Shown: positions 57,984 to 64,000 of the stretch, piece after piece | Position numbering within the stretch: position 1 is the first letter of the stretch | How the letters are laid out: every line of letters begins with the position of its first letter | NCBI GenBank assembly: GCA_036796405.1 | Contig: DAIRDB010000002.1 | Coordinates: 89,106 to 153,105, forward strand | DNA: 64,000 bases | Direction: 5' to 3' | Source: Gammaproteobacteria bacterium | GTDB taxonomy: Bacteria > Pseudomonadota > Gammaproteobacteria > Pseudomonadales > Pseudohongiellaceae | Notes under the pieces: generated by a model | Database searches by the model: none | What the model was told of the DNA's origin: nothing | Seen by the model: only the letters and a program-made list of their open reading frames with translations | Translations under genes and position numbers: made by a program

Positions 57984-60110
57984 TTACTGGCCGGGTGGCG
58001 CCAGCGGGGGTGTGTCGCGGGCCACGATGGCTCGGTCGACCATGTAGGCGCGTATCGAATCCGTCTCGGCCGGCGTCAACTTGCCTTCGAAAGAGGCCAT
58101 GCCTCTGTCCTGGCGGATACCCCCGAGCACCACCTGATCAAAGGCCTGCTGGCTGTGGAGCAGGGGGGACCGGCGCAGATCGGGGAACATGCCGCGGCTG
58201 GCGCCACCGTCCCCGTGGCAGATGGCACAGGCACCGCCGTACAGCGTGGCGCCGGCAGCTACCAATTCCGGCGTGGCAAATTGCTCGGGAGGCGCAAACG
58301 GTGCCTGCGTAAACTCGGCGTTGGGGGGCAGCGTCGCCGTGCCTCCCAACTTGAACACCAGCAGGCGCGCGTAGGTGGGGGCGTAATAGCCACCGGGAGA
58401 CTGCCCTCCCACTACCTGAGCGAGGTACTGCTCGCCGTCGAGGGCATAGGAAATGGAGCCTGCCGAGATGCCGGCCTGGATCCGGTAGGACCAGATTTGT
58501 TCACCATTGTCGGCACGGAATGCCAGCAGTTCCTGGGTCACCGGGTTGCCGGTGAAGAGGACATTGCCGGCAGTCACCTGCATACCCACCGAAGCCCCGG
58601 TGGGACGCTCGGAACTCCAGACTTCTCTGGCCAGCACCGGGTCCCAGGCCAGCACCTTGGTGGATCCTCCGCGCGGGATGGTATTGCCCGGTTCATCGTA
58701 GGCAGCATCGCCTCCGGTGAAGTTCACATTGAGGTTGAAGTTGCCCGGGCTACCGTTCGGGTTGACGGTGTAGGCGATGCTGCTCTCACGCGCTGGGATA
58801 TAGAGCAGGCCGGTCAGCGGACTGTAGGCCATGGGATGCCAGGAGTGGGCTCCCACCGGGCCGGGCTGCGCGATGCGTGGCCCCTCCGCCCGCGTGTAAC
58901 GGGCGCCATCGTTGATGACGGGACGCCCCGTGGCAAGGTCATAGCCGGTCGTCCAGTTGACCGGCACGAAATTGTCGGCGACCAGCAACTGCCCCGTGGT
59001 GGCGTCCATCATGTAGTAGTACCCGCTCTTGGTGGCCTGCATGGCTACATGACGGGTGGCGCCATCGATCTCGATGTCGGCCAGGGTGATCTGCTGGACG
59101 GCATCGAAGTCCCATTCTTCTTCCGGGATTTCCTGGAAGTGCCAGCGGTATTCACCGGTATCGGCATCCACGGCAACCACCGACACGGTGAACAGATTGT
59201 CACCGCCCTGCGGACTTCTGGCTTTGGCGTTCCACGGCGCGCCGTTGCCTACGCCAAACAACACGAGATTGGTCCGCGGATCATAGGTAATGGCATCCCA
59301 GGTGGAGCCGCCGCCGCCCTTTTCCCACCAGTTGCCGCTCCAGGTCTTGGCGGCCATTTCCATCGCCGGCGATTCGAAGCCAGCTGCCGGGTTACCCGGC
59401 ACCGTGTAGAAGCGCCAGACCAGCGCACCGGACTCGGCATCATAGGCGCTCACGTAGCCCCGGTAGAGGTACTCGGCACCAGCGTTGCCGATGAACACCT
59501 TGCCATTGGCAACGCGGGGGGCACCGGTGATCGTATAGAACTTGCTCTGATCGGTGGTGACCGTACTCCAGACTTCCCGCCCGGTGGCTGCGTCGAGGGC
59601 TACGAGGCGACCATCGTAGACGCCCACATAGATTTTGCCGTTCCAGGCCGCCACGCCGCGATTGACCACATCGCAGCAGCCGCGCGCTCCGAACTCACCC
59701 GCCACCTTGGGGTCGTACTCCCACAGCAGCGCCCCGGTGCGGGCGTCGTAGGCATTCACCTTGCTCCAGGACTGAGAGACATACAGCACACCGTCGATCA
59801 TGAGTGGGGTGGATTCCTGACCACGGTTGGTGGAGAAATCGGCAAACCACGCCAGACCGAGCTGACTTATGTTGTCGGGAGTGATCTGGCTGAGCGCACT
59901 GAAGCGCTGCTCGTTGTAGCTGCCCCCGTAGGTCATCCACTGGTCGGGTTCGGCGGCGGCATTCAACAACCTGTCCCGAGTGACATTGGCGAAGGAGGTG
60001 GTGGCCGCGGTAGCCGTCGGCTCGCCCGCGGGCGCAGGGGCCTCGCCGTCGCCGCAACCGGCGAGCAGCAGGGCCAGCAGGCCAGAAAGCGCAGTGAGGT
60101 TCTTGGGCAT
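57984..60110 (-). CDS. PQQ-dependent quinohemoprotein dehydrogenase (type II), lipoprotein, with lanthanide-type D-x-D active-site signature (ADH2)
   Basis: Lipobox LLAGC, vicinal Cys (ARGCCDVVNRG), GNAGAEY, GNGAPWN, WDFD at 59103-59114. C-terminal cytochrome c domain with CAICH at 58215-58229. ATG 60108-60110 preceded by GGAG. Confidence 0.93.
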   Translation of the reverse strand: MPKNLTALSGLLALLLAGCGDGEAPAPAGEPTATAATTSFANVTRDRLLNAAAEPDQWMTYGGSYNEQRFSALSQITPDNISQLGLAWFADFSTNRGQESTPLMIDGVLYVSQSWSKVNAYDARTGALLWEYDPKVAGEFGARGCCDVVNRGVAAWNGKIYVGVYDGRLVALDAATGREVWSTVTTDQSKFYTITGAPRVANGKVFIGNAGAEYLYRGYVSAYDAESGALVWRFYTVPGNPAAGFESPAMEMAAKTWSGNWWEKGGGGSTWDAITYDPRTNLVLFGVGNGAPWNAKARSPQGGDNLFTVSVVAVDADTGEYRWHFQEIPEEEWDFDAVQQITLADIEIDGATRHVAMQATKSGYYYMMDATTGQLLVADNFVPVNWTTGYDLATGRPVINDGARYTRAEGPRIAQPGPVGAHSWHPMAYSPLTGLLYIPARESSIAYTVNPNGSPGNFNLNVNFTGGDAAYDEPGNTIPRGGSTKVLAWDPVLAREVWSSERPTGASVGMQVTAGNVLFTGNPVTQELLAFRADNGEQIWSYRIQAGISAGSISYALDGEQYLAQVVGGQSPGGYYAPTYARLLVFKLGGTATLPPNAEFTQAPFAPPEQFATPELVAAGATLYGGACAICHGDGGASRGMFPDLRRSPLLHSQQAFDQVVLGGIRQDRGMASFEGKLTPAETDSIRAYMVDRAIVARDTPPLAPPGQ

Positions 60111-60178
60111 GGGGACTTTCTCCTGGAGTTCTTCTGGAGCCGGCACCACTCAGCCAGCGTGGGTTGCGTCGGTGAGCA

Positions 60179-61918
60179 TCAATCGGCACCGTGCATCATG
60201 CGGCGGATCAGCGGGGCCACGAGTAGCATGACCAGGGCGACGCCCAGCGAAATGTAGCCCACCTGCGAGTAGACAGCGGCGAAAGTTGCCTTGGCAGCGG
60301 CCACGTCGACCAATTGTCCCCCGATGGTTTCTGCCCCAGTCGCCTCGCCAATGACGCCTGCCAGGTAGTTGGCAAGACCGCTGTAGAGAAACCAGGCGCC
60401 CATCGTCATGCCGACCGCGCTGGCGGGGGCGAGCTTGGTGACAGCCGAGAGACCGACTGGCGACACCATGAGTTCACCGATGGTGTGGATCCAGTAGATC
60501 AGGAAGATGAACATGACGGCTGTCATGCCGTCCGAGCCTGACGAGTTCATGCCGACCACCAGCGACAGGAAGCCAAGTCCCGCCATGGCCACTCCCAGAG
60601 AGAACTTGACCGGGGCTGACGGATTCAATCCCCGCTTGGCCAACGCAATCCACAGCCAGGCCATGAGCGGAGCGAAGATCACGATGTACATGGCATTCAG
60701 GGCCTGGAACACCGGCGATGGCACGGTAAAGCCGAGCAGGGTCCGGTCCACGAGACGGTCGGTGAACAGCGTAAGCGACGAGCCCGCCTGCTCGAACAGC
60801 GCCCAGAAGGGAATCTGCGCGAGGATGAAATAGACACTCGCCAGCATCCGGTCGCGGTCCGCCCCTTGGCACTTCAGGAACGCGTACGCCACCAGAACCA
60901 CCAGCAGGATTACACCGAGCATGCCCACATAGCCGTCATTGACCAGATGCGAATTCATCACCAGCAGAATGGAAATGGCGACGATGGCCAGCCCGGTGAG
61001 GTAGCAGAGATGTTCGACGGTTAGCGGACCGGCCACTTTGCTGCGCAGCTTGGCCGGATCCGGGGGTTCGGCCCGCCCCTCCAGCCAGTGCTGGAAGCGC
61101 AGGAAGGTGAACAGCCCCAGCACCATGCCGATACCGGCCAGTCCGAAGCCGTACTTCCAGCCATAAGCGATGCCCAGCCAGCCGCAGAGTATCGACGCGA
61201 GGAAGGCACCCAGATTGATCCCCATGTAGAAGATCGTGAATCCCGAGTCGCGTCGCGTGTCGCCGAATCCATACAGGGCGCCGACGATGGTGGAAATGTT
61301 GGCCTTGAGAAAGCCAACCCCGGCGATGATGAGGGACAGGGAGAGGTACATGACGTTCTGGTAGAACGGATCCGGATCCGTGCGTAGCACATAAGCATCG
61401 ACAGCAATGACTGCCGGCAAGCCAACCGCCGCGGGATCCTCGATGAGCATCTGGGTTGCGCCGTCACTGAAGCGAATAAGGGATTCTCCGCTGGCAGAAC
61501 GGACGATTTGGTTGGCATCTCCACCGCGCCCGTCCAGCGTCAACTGGTACTCCTGTCCCTGGTAGGTCATCAGCTGACGCGCCCCGCTGCCCTCGAACGC
61601 CATGCCGATATGGCCAAGCACCAGCAGCAGGGCACCATAGGTCACGGCCTTGCGCGATCCGAGGTACTTGTCGGCGAGCGTGCCACCAATGATGGTCATG
61701 ACATAGACCAGCGCCGTGTAGGCGCCATAAATGGCTGCCGAGCGCTCATCGGAGAACAGGAAGTGCTGCGTTAGATACAGGATGAGCAGGCTGCGCATCC
61801 CGTAGTAGGAAAAGCGCTCCCACATCTCCGTCATGAACAGAATGAAGAGACCGCGAGGGTGGCCGAGGATGGTCTTGGAGCCAGTCGAATCAGCGACGGC
61901 AGAGTTGACGGTTTGCAT
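60179..61918 (-). CDS. POT/PTR2 family proton-dependent di/tripeptide transporter
   Basis: GHPRGLFILFMTEMWERFSYYGMRSLLILYL is the PTR2 signature. 579 aa, polytopic. Confidence 0.93.
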   Translation of the reverse strand: MQTVNSAVADSTGSKTILGHPRGLFILFMTEMWERFSYYGMRSLLILYLTQHFLFSDERSAAIYGAYTALVYVMTIIGGTLADKYLGSRKAVTYGALLLVLGHIGMAFEGSGARQLMTYQGQEYQLTLDGRGGDANQIVRSASGESLIRFSDGATQMLIEDPAAVGLPAVIAVDAYVLRTDPDPFYQNVMYLSLSLIIAGVGFLKANISTIVGALYGFGDTRRDSGFTIFYMGINLGAFLASILCGWLGIAYGWKYGFGLAGIGMVLGLFTFLRFQHWLEGRAEPPDPAKLRSKVAGPLTVEHLCYLTGLAIVAISILLVMNSHLVNDGYVGMLGVILLVVLVAYAFLKCQGADRDRMLASVYFILAQIPFWALFEQAGSSLTLFTDRLVDRTLLGFTVPSPVFQALNAMYIVIFAPLMAWLWIALAKRGLNPSAPVKFSLGVAMAGLGFLSLVVGMNSSGSDGMTAVMFIFLIYWIHTIGELMVSPVGLSAVTKLAPASAVGMTMGAWFLYSGLANYLAGVIGEATGAETIGGQLVDVAAAKATFAAVYSQVGYISLGVALVMLLVAPLIRRMMHGAD

Positions 61919-62103
61919 GCGGCACTCCGGGGTTGAACACCATGGGAAAACAGGCTTGCGGCCGCGGGATACTAGTCAGGCGCGCGGGCGAAGGGCAAGG
62001 GCTGGCGCGAGTGGCTCCCGGGGCGGCGATGGTTCATTGTTCTACCGGGGCAGCAACGGCACGCAAGGCAACGCAACGACGGCTCGCGGACCACGGCCAG
62101 CTT

Positions 62104-63123
62104 TCAGCCCCCCAGCCGCTCAAGCAACCAATAAGACGCAGGGACCCCGATGACATAGCTGGCCGCCCTGTCCACTTGCCAGCGCAGTCGCTCCAGTGTG
62201 GCCGCTTGCAGGTGGCGCAGGCCCCAGGCAGTCACCAGCAAGGCCAGCCCGCCCACCGCCAGAATGAAAGCCAGCTGACCCAGTTCGACGCCGATGTTGA
62301 AGAACAGCAGTGACAGCAGGACCTGGTTTTCGGCGAGACCGATTTCACCGAGCGCACTGGCAAAACCCAGTCCATGCAGGAGTCCAAAACTGAACGATAC
62401 CAGCACCGGGTATTGGTAGGTGAGACTTGGGTAGTGACGCGGGCGGCTGATCTCGACGGCGAGAAACACGATGGACAAGGCGATGGTCGCCTCGACCGGT
62501 GCGATGGGTACTTGCAACCAACCCAACGAAGACAGACTCAGAGTGATGGAGTGGGCCAGGGTGAAACCGGTGACAGTGAGCAGGATGCGGCGCCAGGTGC
62601 GGGCAATCACCAGCAGCCCGAGCACGAAAAGCAAATGATCGTAGCCAAACAGGATGTGCTCGATACCCAGCAGCGAATATTCCTTGAGCACCTTGGCCGG
62701 ACCATCCGCCTCTGGCACCTGCCAAGCCTGCTCAGTGGGCGGCAGGATTGCCAGCTGCGGAGCACGATCGAGCCACTCGACGCGGTAGAAGGTTGCGAGC
62801 GAAGGATTGAACTGAGGAAAGCGTAGGGAGAAATTTGTGCCGGCCAGACCTGTTGGACAGTGCCAGAGCGGCAGGGCTCCTTCGTTGCCCGCCAGTCGCT
62901 CACAACCCGCCGGCCAGACGAGACTCGGAAAATTTCGTGGCTCAACGGTCGGCGGTATGCGGAGCGAGGCCTGAAAGGTGCTCGGCAGTACCTCAATGAT
63001 GGTCACCGCGACCGGCCGTGCATCGTGCGCCTGTACCAGGGATGGCAGCCAAAGGCAGGCCGCCAGCAGGTGGAGCAGCAGCGATGTCGGTCGGCAGACG
63101 GCCGCCTGCTCCGTCGACGTCAT
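62104..63123 (-). CDS. HupE/UreJ family membrane protein with N-terminal periplasmic domain
   Basis: Signal peptide, a soluble domain of about 150 aa, then the HupE_UreJ-type TM core (GIEHILFGYDHLLFVLGLL..., FTLAHSITLS, GLLHGLGFA, FNIGVELGQ). Confidence 0.82.
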   Translation of the reverse strand: MTSTEQAAVCRPTSLLLHLLAACLWLPSLVQAHDARPVAVTIIEVLPSTFQASLRIPPTVEPRNFPSLVWPAGCERLAGNEGALPLWHCPTGLAGTNFSLRFPQFNPSLATFYRVEWLDRAPQLAILPPTEQAWQVPEADGPAKVLKEYSLLGIEHILFGYDHLLFVLGLLVIARTWRRILLTVTGFTLAHSITLSLSSLGWLQVPIAPVEATIALSIVFLAVEISRPRHYPSLTYQYPVLVSFSFGLLHGLGFASALGEIGLAENQVLLSLLFFNIGVELGQLAFILAVGGLALLVTAWGLRHLQAATLERLRWQVDRAASYVIGVPASYWLLERLGG

Positions 63124-64000
63124 GGCGCCGGCTCCAAATCCACCACGACCTGATAACCGGCCATGACCTCCTGCTCGGCTTGCTGACGGCTGCGCACGAT
63201 GGCTTCGTAGCGGTAGTCGTCCAGTACGCGCTCGCGGATTTCAGCCAACGGTGGTGTGGTGGCCGGCTGGCGCGCGATCAGCATCACGAAGTGATACCCG
63301 TAGCGCGATGCGAGAGGACCTTGCCACTCGGTGTCGGACGTTTCGAGCGCCTGCAGGCTGTCGACGAAGTCTGCACCGAAATTGTTGACCACGAAGTCTT
63401 GTGTGCGCTCGACATAATTCTGCAGGAAGGGAAAGCGATCTCCGAGCTGACTCGCTTCGTCAAAGCGGAGTCGGGCAACCCGTGACCGAGCGGCGTTGGC
63501 ACGCTGCAGGGCCTCGTCCATGCCCCCGCGTCCGGCGTCGAAGAAAACGTGGGTGAACGAATACACCGGGGCAACTTCGTACTCGGCAATCCGCTCACGG
63601 TAGAAGCTTTCCAAGGCTTCCTCGGAGGGGACTACCGCTTCGGCAAGCTGATTCTCGAGCAGAAACTCCACTTTCTGTACGAGACGCTGCTTGATGATGT
63701 AGTCACCTTCCTCCATGCGCATGCGCAATGCCTCGCGGTACAGCGCTTCCTCCCGGACAAAGTTCTGGATGACTTTTTCCAGCTCCTGATCGGACATGGC
63801 AGCGAGCCGCTCGCCAAACAGGGTCGGTTCGAATGCCTTGGCCTGGTATTGCAGGTAATCGAGCAGCGACTGCCTGTCCACGCGGATGAGCCGGTCTTCC
63901 TCTCCGCTCTCGTGGGCCGACTCCCCGTCACGCAAAAATACGAATAACAGGGCACCGAGCACGAAGAAGTGCAACAGCGGCTGCTGCAGGAGGCGGACCA
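63120..64000 (-). CDS. PpiC/parvulin-type peptidyl-prolyl isomerase-like protein, 5' end outside window
   Basis: The frame is open to the window edge (…VRLLQQPLLHFFVLGALLFVF TM anchor). C-terminal parvulin-like region (GPLASRYGYHFVMLI). 4-nt overlap with the HupE start. Confidence 0.75.
   Translation of the reverse strand, partial: VRLLQQPLLHFFVLGALLFVFLRDGESAHESGEEDRLIRVDRQSLLDYLQYQAKAFEPTLFGERLAAMSDQELEKVIQNFVREEALYREALRMRMEEGDYIIKQRLVQKVEFLLENQLAEAVVPSEEALESFYRERIAEYEVAPVYSFTHVFFDAGRGGMDEALQRANAARSRVARLRFDEASQLGDRFPFLQNYVERTQDFVVNNFGADFVDSLQALETSDTEWQGPLASRYGYHFVMLIARQPATTPPLAEIRERVLDDYRYEAIVRSRQQAEQEVMAGYQVVVDLEPAP

Noticed and set aside
57975-60257. 760-aa ORF on the plus strand covering the whole ADH2 gene in antisense
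   Set aside because: - It is exactly antisense to a gene with unmistakable PQQ-ADH motifs.
- Its translation is Gly/Arg/Ala/His-rich with no recognisable motif.
- It shows the stop-codon-poor antisense frame typical of high-GC genes.

Overview
This is a high-GC gammaproteobacterial chromosome segment. Gene order in the core blocks is Pseudomonas-like, densely packed and almost fully coding. I recognised no transposase, integrase, prophage, CRISPR array or rRNA.

Core housekeeping blocks:
- mreBCD, divergent from gatCAB.
- rhlB-like helicase.
- moeB-prmC-prfA-hemA, translationally coupled through ATGA and 8-nt overlaps. It is divergent from a TPR lipoprotein, then lolB-ispE-tRNA-Gln-prs-rplY-pth-ychF-tRNA-Met.
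- mpl, divergent from a PPi-type pfk; pdxH; bcp; tRNA-Thr; pgi.

The second half (about 35-64 kb) is more accessory:
- Two-gene lipoprotein/secreted-protein operon of unknown function behind a conspicuously AT-rich spacer.
- Large secreted protein and an 84-aa orphan.
- Tandem 16-nt repeat array built from the tRNA-Thr terminator tail.
- Cytoplasmic GH84 (O-GlcNAcase-like) enzyme.
- Two TonB-dependent receptors. One has His/Asp/Glu-rich inserts and a small CxxCH partner protein.
- Orphan FkbM methyltransferase.
- Two lipoprotein quinohemoprotein PQQ dehydrogenases flanking a PepSY-phoP-phoQ-like operon.
- POT transporter and a HupE/PPIase pair.

Best candidate for something new: the second PQQ quinohemoprotein carries the lanthanide-type D-x-D signature (WDFD), while its neighbour paralogue has the Ca-type WDYT.

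Other sequence-level oddities:
- mreC has no canonical start codon; ATC behind a strong Shine-Dalgarno is the best candidate.
- A perfect DnaA box sits in the AT-rich spacer.
- A perfect 12-bp palindrome lies upstream of the metal-uptake module.

All functional calls rest on reading motifs by eye and on remembered family features. No database search was run. Start codons were chosen manually and several differ from the longest-ORF track.
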